Of a stretch of DNA of 64,000 nt, positions 9,803-19,338 are shown piece after piece; position 1 is the first letter of the stretch; every line of letters starts with the position of its first letter. Location of the stretch: positions 2,048,001 through 2,112,000 of the forward strand of contig CAVXGK010000002.1 of assembly GCA_963761305.1 (NCBI GenBank), in the 5' to 3' direction. The notes under the pieces were generated by a model, which searched no databases, was not told the origin of the DNA, and worked only from the letters and a program-made list of their open reading frames with translations. Position numbers and translations under genes: made by a program. Source of the stretch: an uncultured Gemmatimonadaceae bacterium (GTDB lineage: Bacteria; Gemmatimonadota; Gemmatimonadetes; Gemmatimonadales; Gemmatimonadaceae).

Positions 9803-10453
9803 ATGCCTAGTTCCTTGCACGGCGATCTGCTTCCGTCGCACGTCCGCGGGCTCGACGCGGCCGTCGCGAGCAGTCCGCTCGCCCACGAGCAATTCGAGTG
9901 GCGCATGGTCGACAGCTGGTGGGCCGATTCAACCGAGCGGCTCGAGCTGCCGGCGATCCTGCACCTCGAGACCGGGTTTCTCTTTTCGATCGAGTATCAC
10001 CCGGCGTGGCAGGACGAATACGGCGCGGGCGGGCCGTCGGAGTTTCGCTGTTTTCGCTCGCCCGGTGTTCAAGGTCCGACGGAAACGATGCGCGCGCGGA
10101 CATGGGACGAGGTGCTGTTCGACTTCCGGCTCTGGCTGCGACTCATCGCCCGCGAGATCGGGCACCACGATGGGCTCTCGCCGACGCAGAATTCGTCGCG
10201 CCTCGCCGAGGTGTGGTCGCTGATCCATCCGGAGATCCGCGACGTCGCGCGCGGACGACTCGAGGCCAAGCGCTACGCCGAAGCGGTCGACGTCGCACTG
10301 TCACACGTCCGCTATGCCGACGGGACGCCCATCCCGCGTTGGACCGCCGAGATCGACGAGACGAGAGCCATCCACTTCCTGTTCCTGGCCAGCCTCCTTC
10401 GCTACCAGCTCGACGAGATCGCCGTCCCTCGGGAATCGGCGGCGCAGTCGTAA
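9803..10453 (+). CDS. Hypothetical protein with a shortened TIGR02391/Ymh-like C-terminal domain
   Basis: IHPEIRDVA..RYAEAV and AIHFLFLASLLRYQLD resemble the two ends of that domain. Confidence 0.6.
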   Translation: MPSSLHGDLLPSHVRGLDAAVASSPLAHEQFEWRMVDSWWADSTERLELPAILHLETGFLFSIEYHPAWQDEYGAGGPSEFRCFRSPGVQGPTETMRARTWDEVLFDFRLWLRLIAREIGHHDGLSPTQNSSRLAEVWSLIHPEIRDVARGRLEAKRYAEAVDVALSHVRYADGTPIPRWTAEIDETRAIHFLFLASLLRYQLDEIAVPRESAAQS

Positions 10454-10479
10454 TCGCGGCGAGCACACTCGCCGGTTTC

Positions 10480-12249
10480 TCACGTGCGCAGTTGCGTATC
10501 GAACAGCCGCGCGTACAGCCCGTGCTCCGCGATGAGCTTGTCGTGCGTCCCGCGCTCGGCGATCACGCCGTCCTCCAGCACGAAGATCACGTCCGCGTGC
10601 TCCACCGTGGCGCGAGAGTGCGCGATCGTGATCGACGTCCGCTCCGCCATCAGCCGCGACAATCCTTCCAGGACCAGCGCCTCCGATTCGGCGTCGAGCG
10701 CGGCCGACGGTTCGTCGAGGAGCAGAATCGGTGCGTCGCGAATGATCGCGCGGGCGATGGCGATTCGCTGGCGCTGGCCCGTCGAGAGCGTCTGCCCTCG
10801 CTCGCCGAGCACCGATTCGTAGCCCTGAGGCATGCGCCGAATGAACTCGTCGGCGTTGGCCATCGTCGCGGCGCGCGTGATCTCGCGATGCGTCGCGCCC
10901 GGCCGCCCATACGCGATGTTCTGCGCGACCGACGCGCGAAACAGCAGGGCGTCCTGAAGCACGAAGCTGATTTGACTCCGTAAGGAGTCCAGCGTGAACT
11001 GGCGAATGTCCTTCCGGTCGATCGTGATCGTACCTTGCGACGCGTCGTACAAACGTGGGAGGAGGCCGATCAACGTCGACTTTCCTGCGCCCGTGTGTCC
11101 GACGAGCGCCGCGCGCTGACCGGCCTCGATCACGAGATTGATGTCCTCGAGGACGAGCCGGTCCTCCTGGTAGCCGAACGCTACGTGTGAGAACTCGACT
11201 CGGCCGCGAAACCGGGGCGCCGGCCGCGCGTCGGGCCGCTCGCGCACTTCGCTCTCGATCGACAGCAGCTCGCCGACGCGCTCGAAGCTCACCGCGGCCA
11301 TCGACAGCGTGTCGCTCATCTTCGAGAGATCCTTCATCGGCTTGTACATCTTGTCGAGGTACAGCACGAAGACGAGGAGCGCGCCGGCGGTCAGTTGATT
11401 GTCGAGCACCAGCCGCACGCCGAACCAGAGGACGATGCACGTGCCGATCGCGACGAGCACGTCGACCTGCGGTCCGAGTCTCGCCTTGAGGCTTCGCGCG
11501 CGGAGGCTCAAGTCGACGATCTGCTGCGATTCCCGATCGAGACGATCCTCCTCCACGGTTTCCGCCGCGAAGGCCTTCACGACGCGGGCCGAGGAGATCG
11601 ATTCCTGCGCCACCGATGCGAGATCGCTCTGCTTTCGCTTCACGGCGCGCGACGCGCGCTTGATGCGCAGCGTGAAGCCGTAGATCATCACGAACAGAAA
11701 GGGTGCCACCGAGAGGCCGATCAACGCGAACCGCGCGTTGAGGTAGAACATCACGACGATCATCCCGACGATCGTCAGCCCGTCGAACAGGATTCCGAGC
11801 AGCGCCGATGCGATGAAGCTTTCGACGGCGTCGATGTCGCTCGTCAGGCGCACCAGCATGTCGCCGGTCTGCCGCTTGTCGTAGAACGAAAGCGACAGTC
11901 CCTGTACGTGATGGTAGAGCATGTGTCGCAAATCGAAGCCGACGCGTTTGGCGACCGTCGTGGCAAGGAAGTCGTCGAAATACGCGGCGATGGCGCCGAC
12001 CACCGCGATGACGATGACCGCGATCGCGGCGAAGGCGAGCACGCCCATTCGGTTGGACGGACTGCCAAGGTGTCCAGCGAGCCAGTCGGGAATGCGCTTC
12101 GTGCCGAGCACGTAGTCGAAGATCAGCTTCAGCGGCCACGGCTCGAGCAGTCCCATCCCGGTCTCGACGACCATTGCCACGAACGCGACGGTGAGCAGCG
12201 ACGCGTACGGTCGAAGCAGTCGAGCCAAATTCAACCGGCGCGTCGCCAT
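10480..12249 (-). CDS. ABC exporter, fused permease/ATPase (MsbA-like)
   Basis: LLEPWPLK, Walker A GHTGAGKST, LSTGQRQR, LLLDEP, IAH. Confidence 0.95.
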   Translation of the reverse strand: MATRRLNLARLLRPYASLLTVAFVAMVVETGMGLLEPWPLKLIFDYVLGTKRIPDWLAGHLGSPSNRMGVLAFAAIAVIVIAVVGAIAAYFDDFLATTVAKRVGFDLRHMLYHHVQGLSLSFYDKRQTGDMLVRLTSDIDAVESFIASALLGILFDGLTIVGMIVVMFYLNARFALIGLSVAPFLFVMIYGFTLRIKRASRAVKRKQSDLASVAQESISSARVVKAFAAETVEEDRLDRESQQIVDLSLRARSLKARLGPQVDVLVAIGTCIVLWFGVRLVLDNQLTAGALLVFVLYLDKMYKPMKDLSKMSDTLSMAAVSFERVGELLSIESEVRERPDARPAPRFRGRVEFSHVAFGYQEDRLVLEDINLVIEAGQRAALVGHTGAGKSTLIGLLPRLYDASQGTITIDRKDIRQFTLDSLRSQISFVLQDALLFRASVAQNIAYGRPGATHREITRAATMANADEFIRRMPQGYESVLGERGQTLSTGQRQRIAIARAIIRDAPILLLDEPSAALDAESEALVLEGLSRLMAERTSITIAHSRATVEHADVIFVLEDGVIAERGTHDKLIAEHGLYARLFDTQLRT

Positions 12250-12337
12250 GCGGGCTGATGTTGCAACCGCTGCGCCGCACTGGTATCGGTATGTCAATTG
12301 CCGTCCCCGTGCGCATCTCGAAGCGACGGAGACACCG

Positions 12338-13909
12338 ATGAAACGTCGATCCTTCCTGCTCGGAGCCGCGGCGGCCCCCGTCGGCATGATGTTCCCCCGG
12401 TTCGCGCTGCCTCAGCAAGGTGAGCTGCCGGACGACGTCGCTCATGCGCTCGCCGAGTTTCGAAAGTCGATTCCGACCCACTTCGACCATGAGTATGTCG
12501 AGCACGCCGTCGTCCCGTTCTTTCTTTCGACGGTGTTCGAGGCGGAACGGCCGGCCGTGCCGATGATCGACGTCGTCCTCACCAAACAGGACGCGCTGCC
12601 GTACGACCTCTGGGGATTGATCTACAAGCAGTGGAGACCGACGCCCGAGGAGGGCACCACCGTGTTCCTCACGGGGCTCGAGCACCGCGGCGAAAACAAT
12701 CTCCGCAAGCGCATCTACATGTCGGCGGTCACGCCCGATCTATACGACGCGATGTACCGGGAGAAAGTGGTCGCGTTCTTCGACCACCTGTTCGACCCGA
12801 GGTTCGCGGGCCAGCCGCTGATGCGCCATTACCTCGACTACTACTTCGACCTCTATTGGAATCTTCACGTCGGCGTGCAGGGCGACGCCGTCCCCGCCGA
12901 CGTGCGGCAGTTGGGCGAGAGTTTCAACACCGTGCTCGCCTATCGCAATCCGCGCGACCCGATCGTGTACGAGCACTACATGAAGGTCCGCGCCAAGCTC
13001 GATTCATTGAAGAGCTGGATCGCCGACCGCGTGAACGACGTCGCGACGGGCAAAGTCGGCCATCCCGAAAAGACGTTCGTGTACTACTGGCTCAAGAACG
13101 CCGGCGACGGACAGCACTTCAGCCGCAAGGACGTCGTGTTCGAGGTGTTCCACAACTTCGTGGCCCTCAGCCAGTGGGGAAACACGATGTTCGGGATCAC
13201 CCAGCGTTTGCGGACCGAGGGCGGCGATCCGGTGGTGCGCGCCGCCTTCGACACGGCGATGGGCGATCCGCCCGCCGCTGCCGCCGACGGGTCGGCCTAT
13301 TCACCGCTCGAGCTGTACGTGATGGAGCTGTTCCGCACGATCTCGCCCAACGGCGGCAGTATCTCCGCCGTGACCGACGCGCGGCGGTCGCAGCACGGCG
13401 AGTCTCCCTACATGACGGTGCGCGCGCACTTCCGGCGCCATCTGTACGCCGCGACGCCGCATCTCGAGACGAGCATGGCGGCGGAGCACTGGATCGATCC
13501 GAAGAAGTTCGATCCCGACCGCTACAAGTCCGTGCCGACGAGCGCGCAGATGGACGAAACGAAGAGCATGCAGATGGGGTTTGCCCGGTGCCCCTTCGAC
13601 ATCACGACGATGAAGGTCGCCGACGGCCGCAACGCCGCGCTGACGAACAGCGCGTTCGGCACCGTGTTCGGCGAGGCGGACGGGAAAGCCATGCCGGTTT
13701 GCGACTACGCCGGGTTCGCGCCATTCGGTTTCGGCTATCGGCGGTGTCCCGGGGAGCAGCTCACGATTCAGGTCTTCGAGGATTTCCTGCACAAGGTCGC
13801 GAAGGACAAGATCGAGTTCGTGAATTTGCCTCTGACGAATCCGAAAAAGGTCCCGGTCGGGCCGGGCGCGGTGATCGACGACATGATCGGCTTCAGGCGC
13901 GTCTCTTAG
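12338..13909 (+). CDS. Cytochrome P450-fold protein with twin-arginine (Tat) signal
   Basis: MKRRSFLLGAAAA; ExxR (ELFR); FDPDRY; heme motif PFGFGYRRCPGE; GGAG before ATG. Confidence 0.82.
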   Translation: MKRRSFLLGAAAAPVGMMFPRFALPQQGELPDDVAHALAEFRKSIPTHFDHEYVEHAVVPFFLSTVFEAERPAVPMIDVVLTKQDALPYDLWGLIYKQWRPTPEEGTTVFLTGLEHRGENNLRKRIYMSAVTPDLYDAMYREKVVAFFDHLFDPRFAGQPLMRHYLDYYFDLYWNLHVGVQGDAVPADVRQLGESFNTVLAYRNPRDPIVYEHYMKVRAKLDSLKSWIADRVNDVATGKVGHPEKTFVYYWLKNAGDGQHFSRKDVVFEVFHNFVALSQWGNTMFGITQRLRTEGGDPVVRAAFDTAMGDPPAAAADGSAYSPLELYVMELFRTISPNGGSISAVTDARRSQHGESPYMTVRAHFRRHLYAATPHLETSMAAEHWIDPKKFDPDRYKSVPTSAQMDETKSMQMGFARCPFDITTMKVADGRNAALTNSAFGTVFGEADGKAMPVCDYAGFAPFGFGYRRCPGEQLTIQVFEDFLHKVAKDKIEFVNLPLTNPKKVPVGPGAVIDDMIGFRRVS

Positions 13910-14138
13910 GACCCGCGCTCTGGGCGCGCGACGAACACGGCGTTTCCATCATTCCAGTTCGTCGCGCTTCTCGAATCGATACGCCAGCGCCGGACCCTCG
14001 GCGGCTTTCGTATGCCGGTCGCGCGATCACCAGCGTGAACGGCTCGGTCTACCGCGGCATCCGACTTGATGCGCCGTCCGTCCACCGGTCTACCCGGACG
14101 GCTCCCTTGCAGCGGAACCGCCCGAGCATGACTCGCGC

Positions 14139-14459
14139 TTAGCGCCAGTGACCGTTGATGAAGTACCAGCCGTGCCCGTCACGGTCCCACCGACCCGGGC
14201 TCCACGTGCGGAAACCGGCTGCCGGGACGACCCAGTTGCCACGGACCCAGCGATAGTTGCTGTTGTAGTAGCCCCAGTGACCACCTACCCAGACGTAATT
14301 GAATCCGGGCGAAGTCGGAATCACTTCGACCTGGTCCACCGGTGGTTGACTATAGACGTATGCGACACCCGGCTGAGGCTGCCCATACATCGAACACGAT
14401 GCGAGCGCGCCGCCGGCGCCAAGGGCGGCCACAAGCCGCAGAATTAGGACGCGTTTCAT
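14139..14459 (-). CDS. WXXGXW/YXWGXW-repeat lipoprotein
   Basis: LASC lipobox; WVGGHW, WVRGNW, WSPGRW, FINGHW; GGAGGA RBS. Confidence 0.88.
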   Translation of the reverse strand: MKRVLILRLVAALGAGGALASCSMYGQPQPGVAYVYSQPPVDQVEVIPTSPGFNYVWVGGHWGYYNSNYRWVRGNWVVPAAGFRTWSPGRWDRDGHGWYFINGHWR

Positions 14460-14692
14460 TTCTTCCTCCCTCAGGTTCCTGCCTTCCAACGTTCCCACGA
14501 GCGGGCATCGGGCGGTTGAGTTCGACCACCAGGTGATTCGGCCTGTAACGCGAGCGATCACGTCACGCCGAATCGCCTTTCCCCGTCGCGCCGCTCACAA
14601 CGCCAAAGAGGCAAGGACGGGGCAGCACGAGACGTCGGACGAGATGGACGAAGGCCGCATGCCCTCGCCGCCCCGCCCTTCCCGGCCGGCCG

Positions 14693-14730
14693 CCACCGGT
14701 CCACCGGTCCACCCGGTCCACCGGTCCGCC
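14693..14730. repeat. Short tandem 8-mer CCACCGGT (about 4 copies)
   Basis: Read directly, just beyond the stop of the transporter gene. Confidence 0.7.
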
Positions 14731-15747
14731 TCAGTGCACGGCCCACGACGCCGCGAGCGCAATCACCTGCCCCTGCGGTCGCGACTCGACGCCGAGGTCG
14801 CGCTCGACGCGCAACGAGACCTGAGCTCGCCAGCGCGGAATCGTCGCGTCCACCTCAGGGCCAAGTCCGAAGGTTCGCGACCACTCGTTGCGAAGCGGCA
14901 CCGGGATGTCGGCGCCGCGATCGGGGGTCACCTGCCAGAGCGCGTAGCCGGCGAGACCGACAACGAACAACCTCCGCACAGTCGCACCCGCGCCGCCCTG
15001 CACCTGCATCTCACTGCCTCGGCGAATGTCGATGCCGCGCTTTCGCGTATTCATGTCGTAGCTCGCGAGCGCCGACGCGCGATACGTCCTGGCCGAGTCG
15101 GCGTACGCCGCGCCGCCAATCGAAAATTGGTGTGTCCAGTAGCCGCTGCCGGCGCTCACGCCGCGCGGTTCGAAGTGGCCAGTCGGCACATTGAGCGCGT
15201 ACGCCGTGACGACGTCGAAGTGTCGCTCGCGCCAACCGACCTTCAGCGGCTGCACGAACAGATCGGCGAATCCATATCCGTTCAGTGACGTCGCCGGATT
15301 GTCGCTGTTCACGCGAATGCTCGCGACCGGCACGCCGACGGCGAACGTGAGATACGGCGCGAACTTCGTCTTCGACGTGTTCGTGGTGAACGACGCGCCG
15401 AGCGCCGAGCCCGTCGCGCTGATCGTCAGTCCGTCGATCGGAACGACGTTGCCTTGACGATCGCGAATCTCACTCGAGCCGAAGTGGAGCGCTTGGACGA
15501 TCAACGCCAAGCCCGGCGGTGGTTGAGCGCCGGCGTCGATTCCCGCGCTGCCGAGCAGTTTGTACCCGAGCTGTTGCGCCGCTGCCGGACGCGGCGCAAC
15601 CGCAAGCGCGCCGAGCAGCGCGCACGATCGAAGGCAGACTCTTCCGGATTTCGTCTTCAAAGCGAAACCGATCGCGCAACTCGCGCACCACCAAAGCCGC
15701 TTGCTTGACACAGCGACCGGAGCCGGTATCGTCGAGGAGATCCGCAC
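14731..15747 (-). CDS. Outer-membrane transporter, SphA/MetA-pathway-of-phenol-degradation family
   Basis: AGAQPPPG, GFADLFVQP.KVGW, PTGHF, GSGYWT, GLGPE; true start uncertain (likely somewhat downstream). Confidence 0.8.
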   Translation of the reverse strand: MRISSTIPAPVAVSSKRLWWCASCAIGFALKTKSGRVCLRSCALLGALAVAPRPAAAQQLGYKLLGSAGIDAGAQPPPGLALIVQALHFGSSEIRDRQGNVVPIDGLTISATGSALGASFTTNTSKTKFAPYLTFAVGVPVASIRVNSDNPATSLNGYGFADLFVQPLKVGWRERHFDVVTAYALNVPTGHFEPRGVSAGSGYWTHQFSIGGAAYADSARTYRASALASYDMNTRKRGIDIRRGSEMQVQGGAGATVRRLFVVGLAGYALWQVTPDRGADIPVPLRNEWSRTFGLGPEVDATIPRWRAQVSLRVERDLGVESRPQGQVIALAASWAVH

Positions 15748-15773
15748 AACCCATCCTGGTTCCCGAGGCCCCC

Positions 15774-16259
15774 ATGCAAACGATGCGACGCTGCACGATG
15801 CTCTGCTCCGCCCTCCTGGTCCTTGCCGCGTGCAGCAAGAGTGAACAAGCGGCGGATACGACGAAGACCGCTGCCGCCGCCGCTCCCGCGCCGGCTCCAG
15901 CTCCGGCAGTGACGCTCGCCGATTTCGCCGGCAAGTGGGCCGTGGTCGCGACGCCCGAATCAGGAACGGACACGTCGGTCACCAAGTACACGATGACCGC
16001 CACGGCCGACACGACTGGATGGGTGATGGAATTCCCGACCGGCGTGAAGGTGCCGCTCCAAGTCTCGCTGTCGGGCGACAGCGTCATGGTGAAGTCCGGC
16101 CAATTCTCGAGCCAGCGGCGCAAGAAGGTCAAGGTGTGGACCGAGGGCGCGGCGAGAATGCAAGGCGGCAAGTTCGTCGGCGAAACGACGGCGCACTACA
16201 CCAACGCCGGGGCCGACTCGGTGCTCAAGCTGCGAATCGAAGGCAACAAGATGCCGTAA
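15774..16259 (+). CDS. Hypothetical lipoprotein
   Basis: LAAC lipobox, Ala/Pro linker, beta-rich domain; GAGG RBS. Confidence 0.8.
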   Translation: MQTMRRCTMLCSALLVLAACSKSEQAADTTKTAAAAAPAPAPAPAVTLADFAGKWAVVATPESGTDTSVTKYTMTATADTTGWVMEFPTGVKVPLQVSLSGDSVMVKSGQFSSQRRKKVKVWTEGAARMQGGKFVGETTAHYTNAGADSVLKLRIEGNKMP

Positions 16260-16350
16260 GGCGGCCGTCGGTCGGCGCCCGTTTCGCTTGCAACGGGCGT
16301 CCGACCCAGACGGTGGTGGTGAGCTTGCCAGCGTGCCATGTTGAACGCTG

Positions 16351-19128
16351 ATGACTTCACCCAATTCGCCCATCCCCCTCCGCTTTCGCACCGGACCGCG
16401 CCTCGGCCGACTGCGCTGGGTCGTGCTCGGTCTCGTCGCCGCGATCCTGTTCGACGTCCTCGTCGCCCCATGGCTGGCCAGCGTCGCGACTGACTGGCTG
16501 TGGTTCCGCGAAATCCATTTCGAGTCGGTGTTCCTGACGTCGTTCGAGGCGCATGCGGTGCTGTTCGTCGCCGGAGCTGTGGTCGCATTCGCGTTTTTGT
16601 ACGCGAACATCTCGTGGGCGCGGCGCGGCTGGGTCGGCACGTCGGCCTTCGTGCATCCCAGCGGGCTCCAGGTCGAGCTCGCGAGGCTCGTCCCCAAGCT
16701 CCTCACCGGCGTTGCGCTCGTCGTCGCCTTCATCGCCGGTGTCGTCGCGTCGGCGCAGTGGATGACCATTCTTGCGGCGATTCACGGCGCGAGCGTGGGC
16801 GACGTCGATCCGGTGTTCGGACGCGACATCGGCTTCTACCTGTTCCAATTGCCCGCGCTCTCCGGCGCGCTCACCGCTCTCGCGGTGCTCACCGTGCTCG
16901 CCATCGTCGGCGTCTCGCTGGTGTATTTCGCCGATGGGGCGCTCTCGTTTGACCAAGGGCCGCGGCGCGCGTCGATCGACCGGGGTCCGTCGCGTCACGT
17001 CGGTGCACTCGTCGCCCTGCTGTTCATCGTTGTCGCGGTGCAGCTCTGGGTCGTCGACGCGGCAGGCATTCTCGGCTCGACCACCGGCCCGTTTGCCGGC
17101 GCCAGCTTCTCCGACGTCCACATCCTGCTCCCTGGTATTCGCGTCTCGGCGATTGCCGCCCTCGTCGCCGCCGGACTCGTCGTGTACGGAGTGGTTCGCG
17201 ACAAGCTGCTCTGGTACGGCTTCCTGGGCATCGTCGGGTATGCGGTCGTCGGCGTCGTGTCGCGCGGTCTCTTGCCAGCGGCGGCGCAGCGGTTCGCGGT
17301 CGCACCGAACGAGCTGTCGCGCGAGCGTCCATACCTTCAACGCCATATCGCGGCGACGCGCCGCGCGTGGCGGCTCGACAGCGTCGTCACGCGCGATCTC
17401 GAGGGCGACGTCCAGCTCAGCATGGCCGACGTGCGCGCCAACGGACCGACCATCGACAACGTGCGCCTCTGGGAGCGCGATCTCTTGAAGCAGACGTTCG
17501 GCCAGCTTCAGGAAATCCGCACGTACTACGACTTCGCGTCAGTGAGCGACGACCGATACATGATCGACGGTCGCTATCGCCAGGTCCACATCTCGGCGCG
17601 CGAGCTCAACACGGCCTCGCTGCCTACGCGCAACTTCATCAACGACCGTCTGACCTTCACGCATGGCATGGGCATCGCCATGGCGCCGGTGAATCAGGTC
17701 ACCGCCGAGGGACTGCCGGTGCTGTTCATCAAGGACCTGCCGCCCGTGTCGACCATATCGATCAAGGTCACGCGGCCGCAGATCTACTACGGCGAGCTCA
17801 CCAACAGCTACGTCTTCGTCGGCACCGGGCAGAAGGAGTTCGACTACCCTGCCGGCGAGAAGAACGTCTACACGAACTACACCGGCAGCGGCGGTGTCCG
17901 CGTCGGCTCGTTCGTGCGGCGAGCGCTTTTCGCCTGGCAGTTCGGGTCGACGGACCTCCTGCTCTCGTCGTATCTCTCGTCCGACGCGCGCGTCCTGTAT
18001 CGCCGCAACATCGTCGAGCGCGCGAAGACCGCGCTGCCGTTTCTCGATTTCGACGCCGAGCCGTATCTCGTGGTCAGCGACTCGGGGACGCTGAAGTGGA
18101 TCCTCGATGCGTATACGTCGAGCCAGAATTGGCCCTACTCGCAACCGACGGAGAACGGCACCAACTATCTGCGCAACAGCGTGAAGGTCGTGATCGACGC
18201 GTACGATGGAACCGTCGACGCCTACCTCGCGGATCCGGGCGATCCGGTCATTCGCACCTACGCCGCGATCTTCGGCAAGATCTTCAAGCCGCTCACCGCG
18301 ATGCCGGCCGACCTCCGCGCGCACCTGCGCTACCCGGGCGACCTCTTCCGGCTCCAGACGACGCTCTACGCGCGGTATCACATGGTGGAACCGGATGCGT
18401 TCTACCATCGCGAAGACCAGTGGCAGTACCCGACCGTCGAGCAGAGCGCGGCGAACGCGAGCCCGTTCATGCGCCACATCATTCTGCGATTGCCCGGCGA
18501 GGCGAATCCGGAATTCATCTACATGACGCCGTTCACGCCGCAGGGGAAGGACAACCTCGCGGCCTGGATGGCGGCGCGCATGGACGGCGACAATTATGGC
18601 AAGCTCGTCGTATATCAGTTTCCGAAACAGAGCCTCGTCTACGGCCCGAAGCAGATCGTCAACCGCATCAATCAGGAGACGAGCATCTCGCAGCAGCTCA
18701 CGCTGTGGGACCAGAAGGGTTCGCAGGTCATCCGCGGCGAGCTGCTCGTCATTCCGATCCGAGGCTCACTGATCTACGTGCAGCCGCTGTATCTCCGCGC
18801 CGAAGGCGGATCGATTCCGGAGCTCAAGCGCGTAGTCGTCGCCCACGAGGATCGCGTGGCGATGGGCGAGACGCTGGAAGAGGGCCTGGGTCTTCTGTTC
18901 GGCTCGGCGCCGGGCGGTGCCCCGCCACGGCCGACGCTCGCCGGAGATTCGACCGCCGGCACGGCGACGACGACGAGCGTGACCGCAATTCCCGCCGACA
19001 TTTTACGTCAGGCGCAGCAGCACTACGATCGCGCGCTCGCGGCACAACGCGCCGGCGATTGGGCGACGTATGGTCGCGAGATCGATCAGTTGGGCGCGGT
19101 TCTCAGACAAGGGGAAAAGCGAAAGTAA
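16351..19128 (+). CDS. UPF0182 family membrane protein
   Basis: DWLWF, DPVFGRDIGFYLF, NVRLW, QEIRTYYDF, NYLRNSVKVVIDAYDG, HLRYPGDLF, PELKRVVV. Confidence 0.96.
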   Translation: MTSPNSPIPLRFRTGPRLGRLRWVVLGLVAAILFDVLVAPWLASVATDWLWFREIHFESVFLTSFEAHAVLFVAGAVVAFAFLYANISWARRGWVGTSAFVHPSGLQVELARLVPKLLTGVALVVAFIAGVVASAQWMTILAAIHGASVGDVDPVFGRDIGFYLFQLPALSGALTALAVLTVLAIVGVSLVYFADGALSFDQGPRRASIDRGPSRHVGALVALLFIVVAVQLWVVDAAGILGSTTGPFAGASFSDVHILLPGIRVSAIAALVAAGLVVYGVVRDKLLWYGFLGIVGYAVVGVVSRGLLPAAAQRFAVAPNELSRERPYLQRHIAATRRAWRLDSVVTRDLEGDVQLSMADVRANGPTIDNVRLWERDLLKQTFGQLQEIRTYYDFASVSDDRYMIDGRYRQVHISARELNTASLPTRNFINDRLTFTHGMGIAMAPVNQVTAEGLPVLFIKDLPPVSTISIKVTRPQIYYGELTNSYVFVGTGQKEFDYPAGEKNVYTNYTGSGGVRVGSFVRRALFAWQFGSTDLLLSSYLSSDARVLYRRNIVERAKTALPFLDFDAEPYLVVSDSGTLKWILDAYTSSQNWPYSQPTENGTNYLRNSVKVVIDAYDGTVDAYLADPGDPVIRTYAAIFGKIFKPLTAMPADLRAHLRYPGDLFRLQTTLYARYHMVEPDAFYHREDQWQYPTVEQSAANASPFMRHIILRLPGEANPEFIYMTPFTPQGKDNLAAWMAARMDGDNYGKLVVYQFPKQSLVYGPKQIVNRINQETSISQQLTLWDQKGSQVIRGELLVIPIRGSLIYVQPLYLRAEGGSIPELKRVVVAHEDRVAMGETLEEGLGLLFGSAPGGAPPRPTLAGDSTAGTATTTSVTAIPADILRQAQQHYDRALAAQRAGDWATYGREIDQLGAVLRQGEKRK

Positions 19129-19327
19129 CGAAGAGCGAGAGTAACAGGAGAAAAGATCGAAGGTAACGAAGATCGAAGGTAACGAAGATCGAAGGTAACG
19201 AAGATCGACCACGACGAATGCGAACGCGCTCCTCGCCGTGCCGCCGTTCTCGCGTGTCTTTAGCTTCGCTCCTTGTTGGCTTCGCTCCTTGTTGGCTTCG
19301 CTCTTTGTTAGCTTCGCTCTTTGTTAG
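19124..19327. repeat. Two facing 16-bp arrays: about 3 x GAAGATCGAAGGTAAC and about 4 x GCTTCGCTCYTTGTTR
   Basis: Read directly; purine-rich left arm, pyrimidine-rich right arm, same family as the 1411 and 21447 arrays. Confidence 0.85.
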
Positions 19328-19338
19328 TCAAGCGCGGC

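Noticed and set aside
10301..12685. Long alternative-frame and antisense ORFs (e.g. 794 aa here, 719 aa at 21801, 599 aa at 17367)
   Set aside because: Typical stop-poor shadow frames of GC-rich genes; Arg/Pro-rich with no motifs
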